A stretch of DNA of 64,000 nt from the human T2T-CHM13v2.0 reference genome, Homo sapiens: assembly GCF_009914755.1 (NCBI RefSeq), contig NC_060938.1, one strand, 5' to 3'. The position numbers and the translations under genes were made by a program. Below the pieces are notes generated by a model that was given only the letters and a program-made list of their open reading frames with translations, ran no database searches and was not told the origin of the DNA. This document shows positions 1-13,500 of this stretch, piece by piece (positions within the stretch are counted from its first letter, which is position 1; every line of letters starts with the position of its first letter).

Positions 1-3000
1 TCCCTTTCAAGTCCATTCCATTCTATTCCATTCGAGTCCATCCCATTCCATTCCTTTCGTATCCATTCCATTCCATTCGAATCCTTTCCATTCCATTCGA
101 GTCCTTTCCATTCCATTCGAGTCTATTCCATTCCTTTCCATTACACTCTAGTCCATTGATTCCAGTCTATTCCCCTCAAATCCATTCCATTCCATTCCAC
201 TCAAGTCCATTTCATTTCATTCCATTCCATTCCATTCGAGTCCATTCCATTCTATTCGAGTCCATTCCATTCCTTTTCATTAGAGTCCATTCCATTCAAT
301 TCCTTTATATTTCATTCAAGTCCATTCCATTCCTTTTGAGACCATATAATTCCATTTCAGTCCACTGGAGTCCATTCCATTCCATTAAAGTTTATTTCGT
401 TGGATTCCAATCCACTACATTCCATACTATTCCATTGGAGCCCATTCCATTTGATTTCATTCACTTCAAGTCCATTCCATTCTATTCGAGTCCATTTCAT
501 TCCATTCCATTCCATTCCAGTCAATTGCATTCCTTTCTATTCCATTCAAAACTATTCCATTCCTTTTGATTCCATTCCAGTCCTCTCCATTCCATTCTAT
601 TCAATTTTATTTCATTCCATTCCATTACATTACATTTTCGCCCAATACATTTCATTCGAGTTCATTCCATTCCATTTGATTCCACTGCATTTCATTCCAT
701 TCGAATCCATACAATTTCATCCCATTCGAGTCAATTCTATTCCATTATGTTGCATTCCATTCTTTTCTGGTCTATTCCATTCCATTACATTCCACTTGGG
801 TCCATTCCATTGCATTGCAATCGAGTCAATTCCGTTCAATTCTGTTCCATTTGAATGCATTCCTTTCCATTCCAATAGAGTTCATTCCAGTAAATTCCAA
901 TCTGTTCCATTCGAGTCCGTTCCATTCCATGCCATTCATTTAATGGCCTTTCCGTTCCATAGGAGTCCACTCCATTCCATTCCTTTTAAATTCATTCCAT
1001 TCCATCACTTTCTATTCACTTCAACTCCATTCTAATCCATAACATTCCCTCCCATTGCATTGCATTGCATTACATTCCATTCCATTCCTTTCCATTCCAT
1101 TGCATTGCAATCCTTTCCATTCGAGTACATTGCATTCCATTCCTTTCCATTCCATTCGAGTCTGTTCCATTGCATTCCATTCCAGTCCGTTTAATTCCTT
1201 TCCATTCCATTCTAGTCCATTCCACTCCATTGCATTAGAGTCCATTACTTTCCATTCCATTCTATTTGAGTCCATTCATATTCTATTTGAGTCCATTCCA
1301 ATTCATTCCATTCGGCTCCATTCCATTCCATTCCAATCCATTCTTTTTGAGTCCACTCAATTCCATTCTATTCCATTCCAATACTTTCCTTTTGAGCCCA
1401 TTCAATTCCATTCCATTCCATTCGAGTCCATAAAATTCCATCTCATTCAATTCCATTCCATTACTCTCTATTCCATTCGAGTGCATTCCATTCAACTCCA
1501 ATAGATTGAAATCCATTCCATTCTATTCCATTTCAATCCCTTCCATTCCATTCCATTTCATTTGAGACCATAGCATTCCATTCCATTCAACTAGAGTCCA
1601 CTGCATTCCATTCGAGTCCATTCCATTCCATTGCATTTGAGTTTATTCCATTCCACTTTGTTACATTTGAGTCCTTTCTATTCCATTCCATTCCATTCCA
1701 TTCGAGTACATTGCATTCTATTGCATTTGAGTCCATTCCATCACCCTCTATTCCATTTGAGTCCATTCCTTTCCATTCCATTCCATTCGAGTCCTTTCCA
1801 TTCCAGTCCATTCCATTCGAGTCCATTCCATTCTATTCCATTCGTGTCCATTCCATTCCATTCGAATCCATTCCATTCCATTCGAGCCAATTCCATTCCT
1901 TTATATTCGAGTCCATTCTATTCCATTCCATTCCATTTGGGTCCATTCCATTGCATTACCTTCGAGACCATCCAATCCAAACCCATTCCAGGAGTGTCCA
2001 TTCCATTTCATTCGATTCGAAATAATTGCATTCCATTCCATTGCATTCCATTCCTTTCCATTCAATTCGAGTACATTCCATTCCATTTAATTCGAGTACA
2101 TTCATTACATTTAATTCCATTCCAGTCCATTCCATTCAATTCCATTCGAGTGCATTCCATTCCATTCCAGTTGAGTCCATTCCATTGCATTCCATTCCAT
2201 TCCATTTGAGACCATGCCATTCCATTCTATTCCATTCAATTCGAGTCCATTCAATTCCATTCCATTACATTTGATTCCATTCCATTCCATTCCATTCCAC
2301 TCGAGTCCCTTCCCTTCCATTCCATTCCATTCCATTCCATTCCATTCCATTCCATTCCTTTCGAGTCCATTCAATTCCATTCTATTCCATTCGAGTCCAA
2401 TCCATTCCATTCCATTCCTTTCGAGTCCATTTGATTCCATTCCATTCCATTCCATAGGAGTCCATTCAATATCATTATATTTCGTTCGATTTAAGTCCAT
2501 TAAATTCCTTTCCATTCCATTCGAGTCCATTCCACTGCGTTCGATTTGAGTGCATTCCATTCCATTCTCTTCGAGTACATTCCTTTCTATTCCATTCGAG
2601 TCAGTTCCATTCCACTCCATTCCATTCCAGTGCATTCCATTCCATTTCACTTGAGTCGTTTCCATTCCATTCCATTCGACTCCATTCATTCCTTTAAAGT
2701 CCATTCCATGCCATTCCATTCAAGTCCATTCTATTCCATTCCATTCCATTCCATTCCATTCCATTCCGATCCATTCCATTCCATTCCATTCAATACCATT
2801 CCATTCCTTTTGAGTCCATTTCATTGCATTCCATTCGAGTCCATTCCATTCCATTCCATTAGAGTCCATTCCATTGTGTTCCATTGTAGTCCATTGCATT
2901 CCATTCCATTTGAGTGTGTCCCATTCCATTCCATTCTATTCCATTCGAGTCCATTCCATTGCATTCCATTCTACTCGAGCCCATTGATTCCATTCTATTC

Positions 3001-6000
3001 CTCTCGAGTCCATTCCATTCCATTCCATTCCATTGATTTCATTCTGTTCCATTCCATTCCTTTCAATACCAAACCTTTCATTCTGATTTCATTTCATTGC
3101 GTTCCATTGAAGTCCATTCCTTTCCATTAGAGTCCATTCCATTATATTCCATTCTAGTCCATTTCATTCCATTCCATTCGAGTCCATTCCATTCCATTCC
3201 ATTGTATTCCATTGCAGTCCATTCCATTCCATTCGATTCTATTCCATTCGTGTCCACTCCACTCCATTCGAGTACATTCCATTCCATTCAATTTGCGTCC
3301 ATTCCATTCCATTCCATTCTATTGAAGTCCATTCCATTCCATTCCATTTGTGTCCATTCTGCTCCATTCCATTCCAGTCTAGTTGATTCCATTCCATTGC
3401 CTTCGAAGCCATTCCTGTATTCCATCCCTTTCAAATCCATTCCATTCTAGTCCATTCCATTCCATTCCATTCGTATCCATTCCATTCCATTCTGTTCGAG
3501 TCCATTCTATTCCATTCGAGTCCATTCCATTCAATTAGAGTCCATTCCATTCCCTTCATGTCCATTCCATTCCACTCGAGTCCACTGATTCCATTCTATT
3601 CCCCTCGAATCCATTCCATTCCATTCCTTTTGAGTCTATTACATTTCATTCCATTGCATTCGAGTACCTTCCATTCCATTCGTGTCCATTCTATTCCATT
3701 CAAGTCCATTCCATTCTATTCCATTTGAGTGCATATATTTCCCTTCCATTCTACTGGAGTCCATTCCATTCCATTAGAGTCCATTCCATTGGATTCCAAT
3801 ACAGTAAATTCCATACTATTCCATTCTAGCCCAATCCATTTGATTTCTTTCCTTTCAAGTCCATTCCATTCCTTTCGAATCCATTCCATTCCATTCCATT
3901 CCATTCCATTCCATTCCATTCCATTCCATTCCAATCAATTCCATTCCTTTCTATTCCATTCAAATCTATTCCATTCCATTCCATTCCATTTCTCTCCATT
4001 CCTCTTCTTTCCATTCTATTCCATTCTATTTCATTGCATTCCATTCCATTCCATCACATTACATTACATTACATTTGCACCCAGTTCATTTCATGCCATT
4101 CGATGCCAATACATACCATTCCATTCGAATCCATTCAATTTCATTCCATTAGTGTCAATTCCATTCCATTCAATTATATTACATTCCTTTCAAGTCTATT
4201 CCATTCCATTACTTTCCATTTGGGACCATTCCATTGCATTCCATTCGAGTCCATTCCATTCAATTCTATTCCGTTTGAATGCATTCCATTTCATTCCAAT
4301 AGAGTACATTCCACTAAATTCCAATCTATTCCATTTGAGTCTGTTCCATTCCATTTCATTCAATTCATGGCCTTTCCATTCGAAAGTCGTTCACTCCATT
4401 CCATTCCTTTTAAATTCATTCCATTCTATCCCTTTCTATTCAATTCAACTCCATTTTAATCCGTACCATTCCATCCCAATGCATACCATTCCATTCCATT
4501 GCATTCCATTCCATTCGAGTCCATTCCTTTCCATTCCATTCCATTCGAGTCCGTTCCATTCCATTCCATTCCATTCCATTTAGTTCCTTTCCATTCCATT
4601 CGAGTCCATTCTACTCCATTGAATTAGAGTCCATTCTATTCCATTCCATTCTATTTGAGTCGATTCATTTCTATTCCACTTTAGTCCATTCCATTCCATT
4701 CCATTCCATTCCAATCCACTCCTTTTGAGTCCATTCAATTCCATTCCATGCCATTCCAATCTAATCGTTTTGAGTCCATCCAGTTCCTTTCCATTCCATT
4801 CGAGTCCAATAAATTCCATTCTGTTCCATTCCATTTCACTCCTTTCCATTCGAGTCCATTCCATTCCACTCCATTAGATTTGAAACCATTCCATTCTATT
4901 CCTTTTGAATCCGTTCCATTCCATTCTATTCCATTTGAGACCATACCATTCCATTCCATTCAACTAGAGTCCATTACATTCCATTTGATTGCATTCCATT
5001 CCATTGCATTCGAGTTGATTCCATTACACTCAATTCCATTTGTGTTCATTCAATTCCATTCCATTCGAATCCATTCCATTCCATTCAAGTCCATTGCCTT
5101 CTGTTCCATTCGTGTCCATTCCATTCCATTCGAATCCATTCCATTCCATTCGAGGCAATTTCATTCCACTATATTCGAGTCCATTCTATTCCATTCCATT
5201 CCATTTGAGTCCATTCCATTCCATTCCATTCAAGACCATCCAATCCATACTCATTCCATTTGAGTCCATTCCATGTCATTCAATTTGATATCATTCCATT
5301 CCATTCCATTCCATTGCATTCCATTCCATTCCATTTAAATCCATTCCATTCCATTTCTTTCGAGTCCATTCCGTTTCATTTAATTCCATTGCAGTCTATT
5401 CCTTTCAATTCCATTCGTGTCAACTCCATTCCATTTTTTGTGAGTCTATTCAAATGCATTCCATTCCATTCCATTCCATTCGAGACGATGCCATTCCATT
5501 CCATTCCATTCCATTTGAGTACATTCAATTCCATTCCATTAGATTCCATTCCATTCCATTTCATTCCACTCGAGTCGTTTCCGTTCCATTCCATTCGAGT
5601 ACATTCCATTCCATTTGATTCCATTCTATTCCATTTCATTCCATTCCATTCCATTCCATTCCATTCATTTCGAGTCCATTGACTTCCATTCCATTCATTT
5701 TGCGTCCATTCCATTCCATTCGGTTTCATTCCATTCCTTTCTTGTACATTCCATTCCATTCATGTTCATTTGATTCCATTGCATTCCATTACATTCCATA
5801 CGGGGCCATTCCATACCGTTACATTCCATTCGATTTGAATGCATCAAATTCCTTTCCATTGCATTCGAGTCCATTCCAGTCCATTGTATTCGAGTCCATT
5901 CCATTCCATTCCATTCCATTCCATTATTTTTTCTATTCCATTCGAGTAAATTGCATTCCATTCCATTCGAGTGCATTCCATTGCATTCCATTCCATTTCT

Positions 6001-9000
6001 CTCAAGTCTTTTCCATTCCATTCCATTCCATTCCATTCGATTCGATTCGATTCCATTCCATTCCATTTGAGTCCATTCTATTCCATTCCATTCCATTCCA
6101 TTCGAGTCCATTTCATTCCATTCCATTCCATTCTATTCTATTCAATACCATTCCATTGCTTTCTAGTCCATGCCATTGCATTCCATTAAATCCATTCCAT
6201 TCCATTCCATTTCATTCGTGTGCATTCCATTCCATTTAAGTTCATTTGATTCCATTCCATTCCATTCCATACGAGTCCATTCCATACCTTTGCATTCCAT
6301 TCGATTTCAGTCTATTAAATTCCTTTCCATTCTGTTCGAGTCCATTCCACTCCATTGCATTTGAGTACATACCATTCCATTCCATTCTATTCGAGTCCAT
6401 TACTTTCTATTCCAGTCGAGTCCGTTCCATTCCATTCCATTCTAGTGCATTCCATTCCATTCCATTTCACTCGAGTCGTTTCCATTCCATTCCAATCCAC
6501 TCAAGTCTATTCCATTCCATTCGAGTCCATTCCTTGCCATTCCATTCGTGTCCATTCCATTCCATTCTATTCGAGTCCATTTCATTCCATTCCATTCAAT
6601 TCCATTCCATTCCATTCAATACCATTCGTTTCCTTTCAAGTCCATTTCATTGCATTCCATTCGAGTCCGTTCCATTCCATTCTATTCCAGTAGAGTTCAT
6701 TCCATTCTATTCCATTCTAGTCCATTGCATTCCATTCCCTTCTAGTCCGTTCCATTTCATTCCTTTCTATTCCATTCGTGACCATTCCATTCCATTCGAT
6801 TCCACTCCATTCGTGTCCATTCCTCTCCATTCGAGTACATTCCATTCCATTCCATTTCAGTCCATTCCATTCCATTACATTCGAGTCCATTCCATTCCAT
6901 TCCATTCCCCTTGAGTCCATTCCGTTCCATTCGAGTGCATTCCATTCCATATCATTCGACAACATTCCATTCCTTTTCATTCTATACCATACAAGTCCAT
7001 TCTGTTCCTTTCCATTCCATTTCATTCCATTCCATTCTATTCGTATCCATTCCATTACTTTCCATGTGAATCCATTCAACTGCTTTGTATTGCATTTGAG
7101 TCCATTTGTTTCCATTCCACTACAGTCCATTCCATTCCATTGCATTCGAGTCCATTCCATTCTATTTGACTCCATTCCATTCCATTTGATTCGAATCCAT
7201 TCCATTCCATTCAATTCCTTTCAGATCCATTCCATTCCATTCCATTCCATTCGAATCCATTCCATTCGAATCCATTCCATTCCATTCGATTCCATTCGTT
7301 TCCATTCCTTTGCATTCCATTAGAGCCCATTCCATTAGGTTCCAATCCAGTAAATTCCATTCGATTCCATTTGAGTCCGTTCCATTTCATTCCATTTGAG
7401 TCCATTCCATTCCATTCTATTCCAATCCATTCCATTCCATTCCTTTCCATTCCATTCGTTTCCATTCCATTCCATTATATTCGAGTCCACTCCATCCCAT
7501 TCCATCCTATTCCATTCGAGTCTATTCCATTCCATTGCATGTCATTCCAATCCATTCAACTGCATTCCATTTCATTCGAGTCTATTCCTTTCCATTACAT
7601 TCGAATCGATTCCATTCCATTCCACTTCATTCGGGTCCATTGCATTTCATTCGACTCCGTTCCATTCCTTTCCATTCCATTCAAGTCCATTTTATTCATT
7701 TCCATTCCAATCCATTAAATTCCATTGTATTCCTTTCCATTCATTTCGGGTCCATTCAATTCATCTGCATTCCACTCGAGTCCTTTCCATTACATTCCAT
7801 GCCATTGCATTCCATTCCATTCGAGTCCATTCAATTCCATTCGAGTCCATTTCATTCCATTATATTTCATTCTGTTAGAGTTCATTCCATTTCATTCCAT
7901 TCCATTATATTCCAATCCATTCAATTCCATTCCATTCCATTCGAGTCCTTTCAACTCCATTCTGTTAGAGTGAATTCCATTCCATTCCATTCCATTGGAA
8001 TCCATTCCATTCCATTCAATTCCATTTGAGACTAATCCATTCCATTTCATTCAATTCTTGTACATTTCATTCCATTTCATTCCATTCGGGTCCATTCCAT
8101 ACAATTCCATTATGCTCAATTCCATTCCATTCCATTCGAGTCCATTCTATTCCATTCCATTCCATTCCATTCCATTCCACTCCATTCCATTCCATTCCAT
8201 TCAATTCCACTCCATTCCATTCCATTCCATTAGATTCCATTCAATTCCATTCCATACGAGTCCATTCTACTCCATTCCATTCAATTCGAGTCTATTCCAT
8301 TCTATTCCATCCCATTCGTGTAAATTCCATTCTATTCCATTACTTTCTGTTCCATTTGTGAACACTCCATTCCATTCCATTCCATTTATTACCCTTCCAT
8401 TCCATTCAGTTTGAGTCCATTCCATTCCATTCCATTCCAATCGAGTCCATTCCATTCTTTTCCACTCCAATCCATTCGAGTCTATTCCATTCCATTGCAT
8501 TCCACTCGAGTCCATTTTTTTCCATTCCAATCGATTCCTTTCCATTGCATTCTATTCCGTTGCTTTCGTGACCATTCAATTCAACTGCATTGCATTAGAG
8601 TCAATTTAATTCCATTCCAGTATATTCCATTCCATTCCATTCGAGGCCATTCCATTGCATTCTATTACATTCGAGTCTATCCCGTTCTATTCCATTCGAG
8701 ACCATTCCATTCCATTCCAATATAGTCTATTCACTTAAATTCCATTGTATTCCATTCGAGTCCATTCCATTCCATTCCATTCTGATGCATTTGTGTCCAT
8801 TATATTCCATTCGAGTCCATTACATTCCATTACTTTCAAGTCCATTCCAATCCATTCCATTCTATTCCATTCAAGTCCATTCCATTTCATACCATTCCAT
8901 TTGATTCCAGTCTATTCCATTGCATTCCACTACATTCCATTCCATTCTATTCGGTGCCATTCCTTTCCATTCCATTCGAGTCCATTCCATTCCATTCTAT

Positions 9001-10540
9001 TCCGTTCGAGTCCATTCCAATCCATTCCATTCCATTCAAGTCCATTCTTTTCGAGTCCATTCCTTTCCATTCCATCTGGGTCCATTCCATTTTATTCCAT
9101 TAGTGTCATTTCCATTCCATTCCATCCCATTGAGGTCCAGTCTTTTCCATTCCATTCCATTCAATTCGAGTCCATTCCACTCCTTTCCATTCCATTCCAT
9201 CCCATTCAGGTCCATTCCATTCTTTTCCATTCCTTTCGGATCCATTCAATTCAACAGCATTTCATTCCAGTACATTCCAGTACATTCCATTCCATTCCAT
9301 TCCATTCATTTCCATTCCATTAGTGTCCTTTCAATTCCATTCTATCCCATTAGAGTCCATTCCATTCCATTCCATTCCATTCCATTCAATTCCATTCCAT
9401 TCCACTCGAGTCGTTTTCATTCCATTCCATTCCCTTCGAGACCATTTCATTCCATTGGAGTCCATTCCATTCACTTCCATTCGAGTCCGTTCCATTCCTT
9501 TCCATTCCTTTCGAGTGCATTCCATTCCATTCTATTCCTTTCAAGTCCATTCAATTCCATTCCGTAACATTTTAGTCCATTCCATTCCATCACAATCCAT
9601 TGCATTAAATTCGACTCCACTGCATTCCATTTATTTCGAGTCCCTTTGATTGCACTCCATTACATTCCATTCGAGTCCATTACATACCATTACATTCCAC
9701 TCGACTTCAGTCCATTCCATTCCATTCCATTCCATTCCATTCGAATCCATTAAACTCCATTCCATTCGAGACCATTCCATTCCATTCGAATCCATTCCAT
9801 TCCGTTCCACTCGTGTCCATTCCACTCCATGCAAGTCCATTCCATTCCAGTTCATTCGAGTTGATTCCTTTCCATTGCATTCTATTCCATTCAAGTCCAT
9901 TCCATTCCAGTTCATTCCATTTCACTCTATTCCGTTCCATTTGTGTCCATTGCATTCCATTCCATTCGAGCCCAATCCTTTCCATTATATTCCATTCGAG
10001 TCTATTCCATTCCATTCCTTGTGAATCCATTCCATTCTATTCCATTCGAGTCCCTTCCATTCCATTACATTCCATTCGAATCCATTGCATTGCTTTCAAG
10101 TCTTTTCCATTCCATTTAATTCTAGTCCATTCCCTTCCACTCCATTGTATTGCTTTCAAGTCCATTACTTTCCATTCCATTCCATTGCATTCCATTCCAT
10201 TCCTTTCCATTCATGTCCATTCAGTTCGAATCCATTCATGTACGTTCCATTCCATTCCATTCTTTTCCATTCAAGTACATTCCATTCCATTCCATTCTGT
10301 TCCATTCGACTCCATTCCATTCCATTCTATTCCACTCAAGTCCATTCCATTCCATCCCACTTGAGTCCATTCCATTCCATTCCATTCGAGTCCATTCCAT
10401 TCCATTCCATTCGAGTCCATTCCATTCCATTACATTCGAGTCCATTACATTGCATTTGAATACTTTCCATTCAATTTCATTCGTGTCCATTCCATTCCAT
10501 TCTATTCCATTCAAGTCCATTCCGTTCCATTCCAGTCTAT
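1..10540 (+). repeat. Human satellite 3 (HSat3) array, (CATTC)n on + strand
   Basis: Continuous diverged CATTC pentamers with frequent CATTCGAGTC variants; lacks the CATCAT/CATTCGATGAT-rich units typical of HSat2. Confidence 0.97.
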
Positions 10541-13500
10541 TGAATGGAATGGACTTGAATGGAATAGAATGGAATGGAATGGAATGGAATGGAATGGAAG
10601 AGAATCAAAGGGAATGTAATGAACTCGAATGAAATGCAATTGAATGGACTCGAATGGAATGGAAAGGACTCGAATGGAATAGAATGGACTCGAATGGAAT
10701 GGAATGTAAAGGAATGAAATGGAATGGAATGACCTGTAATGTAATCGAATGGAATTCAATGGAATGGAAGTTAATGGAACGGAATAAAATGGAATGGACT
10801 TGAATCGAATAGTATGGAAACGAATGGAATGGACTCCAATGAAATGGAATCGAATGGACTCTAATGGAATGGAATTGACGCCACTGGAGTGGAATGAATT
10901 GGAATGAACTCAAATGGAATGGAGAGGAATGGATTCGAATGGAATGGAATGGAATTGACTACAATGGAATAGAAAGGAATGGATTCGAATGGATTTGAAT
11001 ATAATGGAATGGACTCAAATGGAATAGAGTGGAATGTAATCCAATGGAATTCGAATGGAAATGAATGGACTCAAATCAAATGGAATGTAATGGATTGGAA
11101 TGGACTCGAAAAGAATGGAGTTGAATGGAGTCTAAAGGAATGGAATGGACTCGAATGCAATGGAATGGAAAGGACTCGAATGGAGTAGAATGGAATGGAA
11201 TGGACTTATAAGAAATGGAATTGAATGGACACGAAATGTATGGAAAGGAATGAGACGGAATGAAACGGACTAGAATGGAATGGAAAGTAATGGATTGGAA
11301 TGGAACGGAATCGACTTTAATGGAATAGAATTGAATGGAATGGAATGTACACGAATGGAATGGAATTGAATGGACATGAATGGAATGGAAAGAAGTGGAA
11401 TGGAATGGACTGGGATGAAATGCAATGGAATGAAATGGACTGGAATGGAATGGAATGGAATGGAGTGGAATGCAAAGGAATGGACATGAATGGAATAGAA
11501 TGGAGTGGAATGGAATGGACTCGAATGAAATTGAATGGAAAGGATTTGGAAGCAATGGAATGGACTCGAAAGGAATATAATGGATTGGAATGGAGTGGAA
11601 TGGAATGGAATGGACTCAAGAGTATTGGAACGGAATAGAGTCAAATGGAATATAATGGAATGGAATGGGCTCGAATGGAATGGATTGGAGCGGAGTGGAA
11701 TGGAATGGAATGGAATGGAATGGAATGGAATGGACTTGAATGGAATAGAATGGAATCGAAGGGAATGGACTCGAATGAAATGGAATGGAATGGATTCGAA
11801 AGGAATGGACACGAGTGGAATGGATTGGAACGGACTCGAGTGGAATGGAATTGAATCAAATGGAATGCACACAAGTGGAATAGATTGGAATGGACTCAAG
11901 TGGAATGGAATTGAATCGAATGGAATGGAGTGTAAAGGATTTAAATAGAATGGAATGGAATTGAATGTACTCGAGTCGAATGGAATGTAATGGTAAGGAA
12001 TGGGCTCGAATGGAATGGAATGGAATGGAATGAAAGGGACTCGAATGAAATGGAATGGATTGGAAAGAACTCGAATTAAATGCGATAGAATATAATGGAA
12101 TGGAATGGACCCAAATGGTATGCAATGGAATTGAATTGAATTTACTCGAAAGGAATGGAATGGAATGGAATGGACTCGAAAGGAAAAGAATGGAATGGAA
12201 TGGAGTGGAATGGATATGAATGAAGTAGAATGGATATGAATGGAATGGAATGGAATGGACTTGAATGGAATAGAATGGAAGGGAATGGAATGGACTAGAC
12301 TGAAATGGAAAATAATGGACTCGAATGGAATGGAAGGGACTCCAATGGATTGGAATGGAATGGACTCAAATGGAATGGTATGGAATGGAATGGACTCAAG
12401 TGCAATGGAATGGAATGGACTCGAATGGAATAGAATGGAATGGAGTGGAATCGAATGGAATAGAATATAATGGAATGGACTCGAATGGGATGGATTGGAC
12501 CTGAATGGAATGTAATGGAATGGACCTTAGTGGAAAGTAATGGAATGGAATACAATGGACTGTAAATAAATCGAATGCAATGGAATGGAATGTAAGGTAA
12601 TGGAAAGGAATGGAAAGGAATGGACTTGAATGGAATAGATTGGAAGTGAATGGAATAGACACAAATGATTTGGAATGGAATGGACTCTAATGGAATGGAA
12701 TTGACTTGACTGCAATGGAATGAAATGGAATGGAATCAAATGGAATGGAGTGGAATGGATTCGAATAGAATGGAATGGAATTGACTAGAATGGAATAGAA
12801 AGGAATGGACTCGATTGGATTGGAATATGATGGAATGGATCAAATGGAATGTAGTTAAAAGGAATCGAAAGGAATTCGTATGGAATTGAATGGACACGAA
12901 TTGAAAGGAAAGTAATGGAATGGAATGGACTCGAAAGGAATGGCGTGGAATGGACACGAGTGGAATGGAATGGACTCGAATGGATTGGAATGGAATGGAC
13001 ACGAATGGAATGGAATTGAGTGGAATGGAATAGAATGGAATGGAGAGGAAGGGAATGGAAAGGAATGGAATGGAAAAGAAAGGAATGGAATGGAATTCCA
13101 TAGAATGGACTGGAATGTGTTAGAATTGAATGGAATGGAATGGTCTCGAATGCACTGGAATGGACTCGGACGGAATGGAATGGAATGTAATGGAATGGAC
13201 TCGAATGGATTTGAGTGGAATTTACTAGATTGGAATCTAATGGAATGAACTCGAATGGAATGGAATGGAATGGACTCGAATGGAATGGAATGGACGTGAA
13301 ACGTATGGAATGGAATGGGATGGAATGGGATGGAATGGAAGGGAAGGGAATGGACTGGATTGGAATGGAACGGAATGGAGTTGAATGTAATAGAATGGAA
13401 TGGAATGGAATGGACTCGAATGAAATGGAATGGAAAGTAATCGAATGCAATGCAATGGATTCAAATGTAAGGTAATAGAATGGAATGAATTCGAATGGAA

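Noticed and set aside
10530-10560. New HSF1 heat-shock element created by the inversion junction
   Set aside because: No correctly spaced alternating nGAAn/nTTCn triplet at the junction
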